A stretch of 64,000 bases of DNA from an uncultured delta proteobacterium (GTDB lineage: Bacteria > Desulfobacterota > BSN033 > UBA1163): contig CAVPSJ010000008.1 in assembly GCA_963708295.1 (NCBI GenBank), forward strand, positions 256,001-320,000. The letters run 5' to 3'. The notes below the pieces were generated by a model. The model saw nothing but the letters and a program-made list of their open reading frames with translations, made no database searches and was not told the origin of the DNA. This document shows positions 10,188 to 20,804 of the stretch, in pieces; the stretch's first letter is position 1, and each line of letters opens with the position of its first letter. A program made the translations under genes and the position numbers.

Positions 10188-12748
10188 TCAATAAATCGAA
10201 GAAAAATTCGCAGTCAAAGGGATATCAGATGCATCTCCGCCCCAACCCACTCCGTAGGGTGAACCGCCCGAGGAAGGGATGATCCACCAGATACCCGTGC
10301 TGGTTCCGTAAATAGCAACGTCTATCTTTCCGTCCCCATCATAATCTCCGGGGACGGGCTTGAATCCCGATCCGCCCCAACCTTTTCCATAGGCCCCAGC
10401 ACCCGCAGAGGGAATAATCCACCAAGCGCCAGCGGTGGTATCGTAGATCGCGATGTCGGTCTTTCCGTCACCGTCATAATCCCCGGGAACGGGTTTGAAC
10501 ACTGATCCACCCCAGCCCACTCCATAAGCCCCAATACCCGATGAAGGAATGATCCACCAAGCACCGCTTGTGGTATCGTAGATGGCGATGTCCGTTTTTC
10601 CATCGCCGTCATAATCTGCGGGAACAGGTGCGAATCCGGATCCACCCCATCCGACTCCGTAGGCCGGAGCGCCGGAAGAGGGGATAATCCACCAGGCGCC
10701 GCCAGCTGGTATCGTAGATGGCAATGTCGGTCTTTCCATCTCCGTCGTAGTCTCCAGGCACGGGTTTGAAAGCTGACCCACCCCATCCGACTCCGTATGC
10801 CTTGGAGCGCCGGAAGAAGGGGTGATCCACCAGACACCGGTATTGCCCCGGTAGAATGCGATATCGCTCTTTCCATCGCCGTCATAATCTCCAGCGACAG
10901 GTATGTCTGAAGAGAATCTCCACCCCAACCTACTCCGTAAGGGGGGCTACCCGCAGACGGATGAATATACCAGGCCCCATTGCTGGCTCGATAGATCGCA
11001 ATATCCGTCTTCCCATCGGAATCGAAGTCAGCAATTCCTTTCCTGATACTCAACGAAGCGAGACTTTCTGCATTACCCAACGCATTCTGAGATTTGACCT
11101 GTCCAAGATATGGGACAAACCAGCATAGATTGTGCTTGAATCGTTAGGATCGATGGCCAGGCTTCGGACATCGGCTCTCGGTCAGTCCGGAGCTAATGGG
11201 GTTCCAAGTTGTGCCCCCATCGACGGTCTTATCTACTCCTCCATATTCCGGCGTAGACAGTGCTTGAATTGCTAGGATCGATGGCCAGGCTTCGGACATA
11301 TGTATAGCTCAGGCCGGAGTTAATGGGGTTCCAGGTGCCACCGCCATTTATGCTCTTGAATACTCCTCCGCCTTCCGTCCCGGCATAGACTCTACTTGGA
11401 TCGTCGGGATCAATGACCAGTGTATTGACATAGCTGTTGGTAAGCCCGGAGTTGCTGGGGTTCCAGGTTGTGCCCCCATCGACGGTCTTGAAAACTCCAC
11501 CGCCTAATGTCCCAGCATAGATAATGTTTGAATTGCTCGGGTCAATGGCCAGGCTATTGACAAAGCTGCTGTGAAGTCCGGAATTGACGGGACTCCAGGT
11601 GTCGCCCCCGTTGGTGCTCTTGGAAACCCCGCTCAAAGTTCCAGCGTAGATAGTGCTCGAATTGACGGCATCGATGGCCAGGCTAAGGACACTGGTGTTG
11701 GTCAATCCGGAATTGACGGGACTCCAGGTGTCACCCCCATCGGTGCTCTTGAAAACCCCGCCGCAAGTTCCAGCATAGACCGTGCTTGAATTGCTGGGAT
11801 CGATGGCCAGGCTACGGACATCGGTACTGCTGAGTCCGGAATTAATGGGGTTCCAGGTGCCACCTCCATTGACGCTCTTGAAAACTCCTCCGCCGTTAGT
11901 TCCAGCATAGACTGTGCTTGAATTGCTGGGATCGATGGCCAGAGCCCTGACTTGGGTGCTGGCTAGTCCGGAATTGATGGGGTTCCAGGTGCCGCCTCCA
12001 TGGTCTGCTTCGAAAACTCCCACCGTCATAAGTTCCGGCATAGATTGTGCTTGAATTGCTGGGATCAATGGCCAGGGTTTAGACAGAGGCGGCAGTCAGT
12101 CCGGAATTGATGGGGTTCCAGGAGTCACCTCCATTGGTGCTCTTGAAAACACCTCCCGCGTCAGTTCCAGCATAGATTGTGGTTGGGTTGCTGGGATCGA
12201 TGGCCAGGCTTCGGACATGGAGGTCTGTCAATCCTGAACCGGTTTGAATCCAGGTATCACCCCCATTGGTGCTCTTGCATACGCCACCTTGAATCGTTCC
12301 AGCATAGATTGTGTTTGGATTGCTCGGGTCGATGGCCAGAGTATTGACATACATCATAGCCAGTCCGTAATTGATACGGTTCCAGGTATCACCCCCGTTG
12401 GTGCTTTTGAAAACTCCGTCAAAGCCAGGAGTCCCAGCATAGATCGTGCTTGGATTGTTCGGATCGATGACTCAGCGCCCGGATGGGGGTGCCGGTCAGT
12501 CCGGAATCGCTGAGGCTCCAGTTATCACCCCCATTTGTGCTTTTGAAAACCCCGCCCCCGTCAGATCCGGCAAAGACTATGCTTGAGTTGTTTGGATCGA
12601 TGGCGATGGACGGAACACTATCTCCTTCAGGGCCAATAGTTTTCCATTTTAGTCCGGCATGGCAGAAATCAGGAATGAAAAACCCCGATATTATAGCCAA
12701 CGCCCAGAATGTCGCAGCAGAAATAAGGACTCCGTTGACTCTTTTCAT
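10188..12748 (-). CDS. Secreted BNR/Asp-box (sortilin/Ycf48-like) propeller protein with FG-GAP-like tail; multiple frameshifts
   Basis: Signal peptide MKRVNGVLIS...CHA; many repeats of SLAIDPSNSSTVYAGT.GGVFKSTNGG.TW across ORFs 12419-12793, 12079-12357 and 11229-12068; tail 10188-11029. Confidence 0.82.
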
Positions 12749-12795
12749 CACTGCTCCCCCCGATTCTTCGGATAGTCCAATAAACCCGGCCATAG

Positions 12796-15700
12796 CTATT
12801 GTCTGATCGGTTCATCATTATAAGGAGCATATCCTGTACCCCACTGGGTCGCCGTCATGCTCCCATCCTTCGAATTGATGATATACCAATATCCATCCTC
12901 GGGGCGCCAAATGGCTATATCTGTTTTTCCATCGCCATCGTAATCTCCGGTAACAGGCGTGAATCCAGATCCGCCCCAGCCCACTCCATAGGCCCCCACT
13001 TGTCCTTGCGGTCCTGCACCGGAGGAGGGAATAATCCACCAGCCACCACTGACATTATCGTAGATGGCGATGTCGGTTTTCCCGTCACCGTCATAATCCC
13101 CGGGCACAGGTTTGAAAGCTGACCCGCCCCAACCGACTCCGTAAGCTGGAATACCGGAAGAGGGAATGATCCACCATGCACCTGTGTTGGTTTCGTAAAT
13201 GGCAATATCGGTTTTCCCATCTCCGTCATAATCTCCAGTCACAGGTTGAAAAGCGGATCCGCCCCAGCCGACTCCATAAGCCGCAGCACCTGAGGACGGG
13301 ATGACCCACCAGGCACCCCCGGTGGTATCGTAGATGGCAATGTCGGTCTTTCCATCTCCGTCATAATCCCCAGGAACGGGCTTGAAAGCTGATCCACCCC
13401 AGCCGACTCCGTAGGCTCCTACTTGACCTTGCGGTCCTACGCCGGAGGAGGGGATGATCCACCAGGTGCCGGTATTGCCCCGGTAGAAAGCGATATCGCT
13501 CTTTCCGTCTCCGTCATAATTTCCGGCGACAGGTATGTCTGAAGGATCTCCACCCCAGCCTACTCCGTAGGCCGAACTGGTAGAAGAGGGGATGATCCAC
13601 CAGGCGCCCGTGCTCCCACGATACACGGCGATATCTGTCTTCCGATCCCCATCAAAATCAACAACGGGGCCAAGGGGCCTGAGATAGAACATCCTTACAG
13701 ATTCAAAGAGGGAGTTAGAGCCATTGTCTAGGCCACCTGTCGCATAACCTCTTGCACGCACATAATGATTTTGATTGAGGGGAAGGGAAAATCCCGTGAA
13801 CATCCATCCGCCGTCGATCCTCGTCCCATTGCCGATGTTTGTCCATGTGACTCCATCGGGGGAATGCTCAAACGTGACTCCCCATACCTCAGGGCTTGCC
13901 TGCTCTCTCATCCAGGTGACCGTAATGCCATTTAAAGAGACCGTCAGCTCCTGAAAACCTGCATGAGTGTTCGTGAGTCGGGCGATGTGGTTTCTCTCCA
14001 CCCCGCCAATATCGGTAAAACTGCCCCCGATCAGGATCTTGCCGTCTGCCTGGATGGCAATGGGATAGATAAGGCCATTTGCATCGGGGCTAAAACCAGT
14101 ATCGAGGGTGCCGTTCTGGTTAAGCCTGGCAATGTGGTTTTTCTCCACCCCCCCAATCGTACCGAAATAGCCTCCTATCAGGATCTTGCCGTCTGCCTGA
14201 AGAGAGATGGCAAAGACAGTGCCATTTGCGTTGGGGTTAAAGTCTGTATCGAGGGTGCCGCTTTGGTTCAGCCGGGCGATGTAGTTTCTCTCCACCCCGC
14301 CAACGGCGGTGAAAAAACCCCCGATCAGGATCTTCCCGCCTGCCTGGAGCACAATGGAAAAGACATAGTTATCTGCAGCGGGGTCGAAATTTGTATCGAG
14401 GTTGCCGTCTGCGCTAAGCCGGGCGATGCGGTTTCTCTCCACTCCCCCGATGGCGGTGAAGGGACCCCCGATCAGGATCTTGCCGTCTGCCTGAATGGCG
14501 ATGGAAAAGACAGCGCCATTTGCATTGGGGTTAAAGTCTGTATCGAGGGTGCCGTTTTGGTTCAGCCGGGCGATGTAGTTTCTCTCCACCCCGCCAACGG
14601 CGGTGAAAAAACCCCCGATCAAAATCTTCCCGTCTGCTTGGATGACGATGGAGATGACAGCGCCATTTACATCGGAGTTAAAGTCTGTATCGAGGGTGCC
14701 GTTTTGGTTCAGCCGGGCGATGTAGCATTTCTCTGCCCCGCCAATAGTATTGAATTCCCCTCCCGTCAGGATCTTACCGTCTGGCTGGAGGGCAATGGAA
14801 CCAATAACGCCATTTGCATTGGGGTCAAAGCCTGAATCGACGCTTCCGTCCAGATTCAGCCGGGCTATGTAGTTTCGCTCGACTCCGCCAATAGTGGTGA
14901 ATTCACCCCCGATCAGGATCTTCCCGTCTGCATCCACTGCGATGGAACGGACATAGGAATTTGCGTTGGGATTTAAGTCTGCATCGATCGAGCCGTCCGG
15001 GTGGACTCGAGCTATCCGGTTTCTTTCCACTCCGCCGACGGTGGTGAATTCCCCTCCGATCAGGATCTTCCCGTCCGCCTGGATTGCGATAGAATTTACC
15101 GAGGAACTCGCATTAGGATTAAAGTTTGTATCGAGGGTGCCGTCCGAGTAAAGGCGGGCTATTTGGTTTCTTTCTGCTCCGCTAATTGTGTGAAAAGTAC
15201 CCCCCACAAGAATCTTCCCATCCGCCTGTATTGCGACGGAAAAAACGCCTAACCCTGCATTCGGATTGAAACCCTCATCTAGGGTTCCATTCTGGTGGGC
15301 CCGGGATAAGTAATATCTTGTGACTGTGCCAATGATACCAAAACCTCCACCTATTATTATTCTGCCGTCTGCCTGTATTGCGATGGAAACGACAGCACCA
15401 CCGGCTACATTCAGGTTGAAGTCTTCCTCTATGGTTCCGTCTGGGTGAAGTCGGGCTATGCTATTTCTTATCGCTCCATCAATCGTGGTGAAATCACCCC
15501 CAACCAGTATTTTAGCATCTTGCTGGACTTTAATAGACCAAACAGTGCCATTGGCATCCGGATTAAAGGATGTATCGAGGCCTCCATCCGAATTAAGCCG
15601 GGCGATCCGGTTTCTTGTTATTCCGCCGATCGTGGTGAAAGTACCCCCGAGCAGGATCCTGCCGTCTGCCTGGAGGGCGATGGAATTGACACCGTCATTC

Positions 15701-16116
15701 GCATCGGGGTTAAAATCGATGTCAAGGGTGCCGTCTGAGTTGAGCCGTGCGATCCGGTTTCTCGTTGTTCCGCCCATGGTGGTGAAGTAGCCTCCTACCA
15801 GTATCTGCCCGTCTGCCTGGACGGCGATGGAATTGACACTCTCACCGACACTCCCACCTGCGTTTGGGTTAAAATCAGTATCGAGGGTGCCGTCTGAGTT
15901 AAGCCGGGCGATGCGATTTCTCTCTACCCCGCCAACGGTGGTGAAATAGCCGCCGAGCAGGATCTTGCCGTCTGCCTGGAGGACGATGGAATTGATAGGG
16001 CCGTTTGCATTGGGGTTGAAGCCGTCAATAGCAGATACAGAGTAGGCGATTCCCGGCACTACCAGTCCCAGTAGGGAAAGGAAAACCAATAATAGTGGTA
16101 CTCTCTTTTTCTTCAT
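12796..16116 (-). CDS. Secreted delta-60-type repeat protein with FG-GAP-like tail
   Basis: Signal peptide; ~14 repeats of SIAIQADGKILIGG.F..IGG..RN.IARLN.DGTLDT.FNP; tail 12796-13659. Confidence 0.9.
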   Translation of the reverse strand: MKKKRVPLLLVFLSLLGLVVPGIAYSVSAIDGFNPNANGPINSIVLQADGKILLGGYFTTVGGVERNRIARLNSDGTLDTDFNPNAGGSVGESVNSIAVQADGQILVGGYFTTMGGTTRNRIARLNSDGTLDIDFNPDANDGVNSIALQADGRILLGGTFTTIGGITRNRIARLNSDGGLDTSFNPDANGTVWSIKVQQDAKILVGGDFTTIDGAIRNSIARLHPDGTIEEDFNLNVAGGAVVSIAIQADGRIIIGGGFGIIGTVTRYYLSRAHQNGTLDEGFNPNAGLGVFSVAIQADGKILVGGTFHTISGAERNQIARLYSDGTLDTNFNPNASSSVNSIAIQADGKILIGGEFTTVGGVERNRIARVHPDGSIDADLNPNANSYVRSIAVDADGKILIGGEFTTIGGVERNYIARLNLDGSVDSGFDPNANGVIGSIALQPDGKILTGGEFNTIGGAEKCYIARLNQNGTLDTDFNSDVNGAVISIVIQADGKILIGGFFTAVGGVERNYIARLNQNGTLDTDFNPNANGAVFSIAIQADGKILIGGPFTAIGGVERNRIARLSADGNLDTNFDPAADNYVFSIVLQAGGKILIGGFFTAVGGVERNYIARLNQSGTLDTDFNPNANGTVFAISLQADGKILIGGYFGTIGGVEKNHIARLNQNGTLDTGFSPDANGLIYPIAIQADGKILIGGSFTDIGGVERNHIARLTNTHAGFQELTVSLNGITVTWMREQASPEVWGVTFEHSPDGVTWTNIGNGTRIDGGWMFTGFSLPLNQNHYVRARGYATGGLDNGSNSLFESVRMFYLRPLGPVVDFDGDRKTDIAVYRGSTGAWWIIPSSTSSAYGVGWGGDPSDIPVAGNYDGDGKSDIAFYRGNTGTWWIIPSSGVGPQGQVGAYGVGWGGSAFKPVPGDYDGDGKTDIAIYDTTGGAWWVIPSSGAAAYGVGWGGSAFQPVTGDYDGDGKTDIAIYETNTGAWWIIPSSGIPAYGVGWGGSAFKPVPGDYDGDGKTDIAIYDNVSGGWWIIPSSGAGPQGQVGAYGVGWGGSGFTPVTGDYDGDGKTDIAIWRPEDGYWYIINSKDGSMTATQWGTGYAPYNDEPIRQ

Positions 16117-16225
16117 GATGGATTTTTCCTCAAGGAAGTGCCGACAATCAAATTAAGAGCACATCCCATCTTTTCTTGACACAGCTTTCTACTGCTCCTG
16201 GATAAAGTCATAATAAGGGTCATAG

Positions 16226-19200
16226 TCACTTGCAGATTGGTTCGTCATTATAGGGAGCATATCCTGCACCCCACTGGGTCGCCGTCATGCTCCCATCCTT
16301 CGAATTGATGATATACCAATATCCATCCTCGGGGCGCCAAATGGCTATATCTGTTTTTCCATCGCCATCGTAATCTCCGGTAACAGGCGTGAATCCAGAT
16401 CCGCCCCAGCCCACTCCATAGGCCCCCACTTGTCCTTGCGGTCCTGCACCGGAGGAGGGAATAATCCACCAGCCACCACTGACATTATCGTAGATGGCGA
16501 TGTCGGTTTTCCCGTCACCGTCATAATCCCCAGGCACAGGTTTGAAAGCTGACCCGCCCCAACCGACTCCGTAAGCTGGAATACCGGAAGAGGGAATGAT
16601 CCACCATGCACCTGTGTTGGTTTCGTAAATGGCAATATCGGTTTTCCCATCTCCGTCATAATCTCCAGTCACAGGTTGAAAAGCTGATCCGCCCCAGCCG
16701 ACTCCATAAGCCGCAGCACCTGAGGACGGGATGACCCACCAGGCACCCCCGGTGGTATCGTAGATGGCAATGTCGGTCTTTCCATCTCCGTCATAATCCC
16801 CAGGAACGGGCTTGAAAGCTGATCCACCCCAGCCGACTCCGTAGGCTCCTACTTGACCTTGCGGTCCTACGCCGGAGGAGGGGATGATCCACCAGGTGCC
16901 GGTATTGCCCCGGTAGAAAGCGATATCGCTCTTTCGATCGCCGTCATAATCTCCGGTGACAGGTATGTCTGAAGGATCTCCACCCCAGCCTACACCGTAG
17001 GCCGAACCGGTAGAAGAGGGGATGATCCACCAGGCGCCCGTGCTCACACGATACACGGCGATATCTGTCTTCCCATCCCCATCAAAATCATAAGGGACAC
17101 CAATGGCCGGAGAAGCATTGGTTGCATACTTCAGGTCCGCGTTGTATCGATCATAGTAGCTGATGTGAACTTTGTTTTTCGAATCAACGGCTATGGAATT
17201 GAACCACCCGACATCCCCTGTACTGTCGACAGTTATTGTCTCCCATAAACCCGAGACATTGTTCGCGTACTTGAGGTGGAAATTAGTTTCATCGAGATAG
17301 CTGATATGGACCTTATTGTTTGAGTCAACGGCTATCGTGAGGCTGCCGCCTACATCGCCCGCGCTGTCGATGACGAATGTTTCCCATGAACCTGAGGCAT
17401 TGGTCGTATATTTAAGGTCACCGTTCACATCATCATAGAAGCCGATGTGGACTTTGTTGATTGAATCAACGGCTATGGAGCTGATCGATCCCGTCTCCGA
17501 GGTTTCGATGCTAAACGTTTCCCACAAACCGGAAGCATTGGTTGCATATTTGAGATTGAGATTCGTTATATCAAAATAATTAATATGAACTTTGTTGTTT
17601 GAATCGATGGCTATCGACCTCGAGCTGACACCCGGTGCCACGTCTCCTGCATCAATAGTAAATGTTTCCCACGACCCTGAGGCGTTAGTGGCATATTTGA
17701 GATCATAATTGGGAGTGCTATCACAATAGCTGATGTGGACTTTATTGTTGGAATCGACGGCTATTGAAGTAACTCCTCCTCCCCAATCTGCACCGTCAAT
17801 CGTAGATGTTTCCCATGAGCTGGAGGCATTGGTTGCATACTTGAGTGCTGGGGTATAATTATCGCGGTAGCTAATGTGTACCTTATTATTCGAATCTACT
17901 GCAATCGATGTGTCTGAGCCCACATTATAAGAACTGTCAATAGTAACTGTCTGCCATGAACCTGAGGCATTGGTCGCATACTTCAGATCCCCGGGCAATG
18001 GATCATAGTAGCTTATGTGGATCTTGTTATTTGAATCGATCGCAATAGAATTGGACTTCGGTCCTATGCTCTCTATACTGTCAATAGTGGATATCTTCCA
18101 CCCGGATGCCCTCGAAACGTTTGAAAGTTTCAGCACCAAGATGTCATCCCCTCCGCTGTGAGCATGGAGCGGACTCTGTCCGGCTGGACCGTCCCAGGTT
18201 TGAGAACCAGATCCGGTGACATAGAGGTTTGCGCTTCCATCTGTGGCAATGCCAACGCCTCCTTTAGAACTAGTTGACCCATAGAAGGTGTGCCACTGGT
18301 AGGCGCCGCTGCTGTCGAGTTTCAGCACAACGATGTCATGGTTTCCGCTATGGGCATGGAGCGGGGTCTCTCCAGCTGGGCCGTTCCAGGCTGCGTCGCT
18401 GCTTCCCGTGACATAGACGTTTCCGCTCCCGTCTATGGCAATGCCATAGGCCGTAATCAGCAATACCGCTTGACCCATAGAAGGTGTGCCACTGGTAGGC
18501 GCCGTTGCTATCGAGTTTCAGCGCAAAGATGTCCCAGTCCGAGCCTCCGCTATGGGGATGGAGCGGGCTCTGTCCGGCCGGACCGTTCCAGGTTGCAACG
18601 CTGCCTCCGGTAACATAGACATTCCTGCTTTCGTTGGTGGCAATTGCAATGCGGACATCGCGAATACTCGACCCGTAGAAGGTGTGCCACTGGTAGGCGC
18701 CGCCGTCATCGAGTTTCAGCACAAAGATGTCCACATCTCCGGAATGTGGATGGAGCGGGGCCTGCTCTGTTGGCGCCGTCCCAGGTCGCGTCGCTACGTC
18801 CCGCGACATAGAGGTTTCCGCCTCCGTCGGCGGCAACGCCAACGCTATGATCCGAGCTACTTGATCCATAGAAGGTGTGCCACTGGTAGGCTCCGTTGCT
18901 ATCGAGTTTCAGGACAAAGATATCATCGAGCCCGCTGTAAGCATGGAGCGAGTTCTCTCCGACTGGCCCGTTCCAGGTCGAATAGCTGTCTCCGGTAACA
19001 TAGACATTTCCGCTTCGGTCTGTGGCAATGCCAAAGGCTTGATCATGAAGATTTGACCCATAGAAGGTGTGCCACTGGTAGGCGCCGCTGCTATCGAGTT
19101 TCAGCACAAAGATGTCAAAGCTGCTTCCGCTGAACGCATGGAGCGGGCTCTGTCCGGCCGGGCCGTTCCAGGTTGCAACGCTGTCTCCAGTTACATAGAC

Positions 19201-20158
19201 ACTCCCGCTTCCGTCGGTGACAATTGCAGTGCCGACATCGGGAATACTCGACCCGTAGAAGGTATGCCACTGGTAGGTGCCGCCGCTGTCGAGTTTCAGC
19301 ACAAAGATGTCCACATCACCTGAATGCGCATGGAGCGGGGCCTGCCCTGCTGGCCCGTTCCAGGTACCGTCGCTACGTCCCGTGACATATAGATTTCCGT
19401 TTCCGTCTGTGGCAATGGAATCGCCTTCTTCAGAGCTACTTGACCCATAGAAGGTGTGCCACGCATAGGTCGGGTCGATGGTGAGCGGGTAGTTGGGGTC
19501 GTATGAACCCACGCTGAACCCGACCTCGCCCCCCTTCACCCTGAAGGCCACGGCCACCGGCACACGCTCCCCCCCAATCTCCTGCCATGCCACCGGGGGC
19601 GACTCCGTTAGGTAGCCCCGGTCAAACTTGAATTTGAGTGAGCCGTCCCTCTGCACCTCCACCGGGTACGTTATACCCCAGCCGGATCTTCGATACGTCC
19701 GACCCAAGGTCCAATATCGATACGTGCTCTCAGCGATTCCACCCTCTCTGGCTTCATACGTCAGGCTGATCCCCTCCCAGAGCTCCTCATAAACCACCCT
19801 GCGAAGAGTTGGAACCTTCGGCTTATTGCCCGTCTCCCCTCCTTCTGCAGCCGTCTTCGGCATCACCCCCGGCGTGCCAAGAAACTCAACGCTCAGCGCA
19901 TGATCCAGGGAAGCAAAGTATACCTTCTTGGGTTGAAAACCCAGGAGGTGGCCTCCTGCCTTGAACTGCACCGTATCAGTTCCTGCCCCCCGGCCGCTTA
20001 TTGCAACACTCTCGCCCCTGAGCCGACCTGAGCTGACCCCTGCAACCCCGGTGCGGCGGAACCAATAGGATCCCGATAGACCTACCTCAATGGAAGGTAC
20101 AAAGATCACCCCAAAAAGCCGCAATCAACAGAACCGATAGAGAATATTCCTTTCTCAT
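16226..20158 (-). CDS. Large secreted SBBP-like repeat protein with a second propeller and FG-GAP-like tail; multiple frameshifts
   Basis: ATG at 20158 with RBS AGGAGG; YDPNYPLTIDP motif, then IATDG.GNVYVTG...DIFVLKLDS.GAYQWHTFYG repeats; SIAVDSNNKVHISY...LKYATNASGSW repeats; tail 16226-17089. Confidence 0.82.
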
Positions 20159-20322
20159 GGACCCCCTCCTTAAATCAAGAGTCTGATTATGATCGTATGA
20201 TGCAATTTGTGTTGCAGTCGGAGCTTTCGTAAAAAGATATTCGACCAGCACGGCGATGGATTGCTACCTAAGTTGTTTCCAAGACACTTTTGTGCGGGGT
20301 AACATCCCATTTTTCACCCGAA

Positions 20323-20368
20323 GCAAAAAGTAAAGCCAGGCATCAAGTTAGTATTGATACCAGGCTTT
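20323..20368 (-). terminator. Terminator-like hairpin in the leader of the first array gene
   Basis: Minus strand AAAGCCTGGTATCAA-TACTAAC-TTGATGCCTGGCTTT followed by ACTTTTT. Confidence 0.55.
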
Positions 20369-20461
20369 GTTCATGTACTGTTCCACCGTTCTCGCGTCAC
20401 GTAAGAGAAAAGGCTGAACCGGCAAATCATTGAGAAGAACTTCTCAGAAAGTTTTAGTTGT

Positions 20462-20490
20462 TTAATACACCCAACAAGAATTTTTGTCAA
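20462..20490 (-). promoter_or_regulatory. Candidate sigma70 promoter for the array
   Basis: Minus strand TTGACA-17 nt-TATTAA; the -10 box is imperfect. Confidence 0.45.
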
Positions 20491-20804
20491 CTGTTTTTTT
20501 GCGGATGTATAAACATCTGTAAGTAGCTGTTAAGATGCGATAATTTTTGAGGTATCAGAATAAGTGAGTAGACGCTATTTTCCGAATCTTCATCGCTCTC
20601 GGCACGCCAATTGGCTGCGCCCTATATGGGAGCAATCCGGTTTATTCCTTGCCGAGTCATATCGTAAGATCGAACATCGTCATCGTGTCATGGTACACCG
20701 TGAAGACCTCCTGCCGCCGTATGATCTCCTATGATTTTTTTCTTTTTTGGGTCAATGAAATCCGTTATAATAGTCCCGCCTAAGCATAAGAGGAGGAAAA
20801 TGGA

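Noticed and set aside
2051-17090. CRISPR array suggested by regularly recurring DNA repeats
   Set aside because: The repeats are in-frame coding units of ~130-150 nt with synonymous variation and no unique spacers; no cas genes are present.
12808-17090. Diversity-generating retroelement TR/VR pair
   Set aside because: Differences between the two tails are not adenine-specific, both copies are coding, and there is no reverse transcriptase in the window.
7173-19323. Long alternative-frame and antisense ORFs over repeat genes (e.g. 7173-8054, 8323-9060, 13963-14835)
   Set aside because: Shadows of repetitive coding sequence, with no RBS or domain signal.
20322-20338. Minus-strand TGGC...TTGCT sigma54-like site upstream of the array
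   Set aside because: Spacing is GG-N11-GC rather than N10, and it overlaps the terminator hairpin.
2051-20780. Integron, shufflon or prophage explanation for the array
   Set aside because: No integrase, invertase or transposase in the window; no attC-like sites or inverted cassettes recognised.
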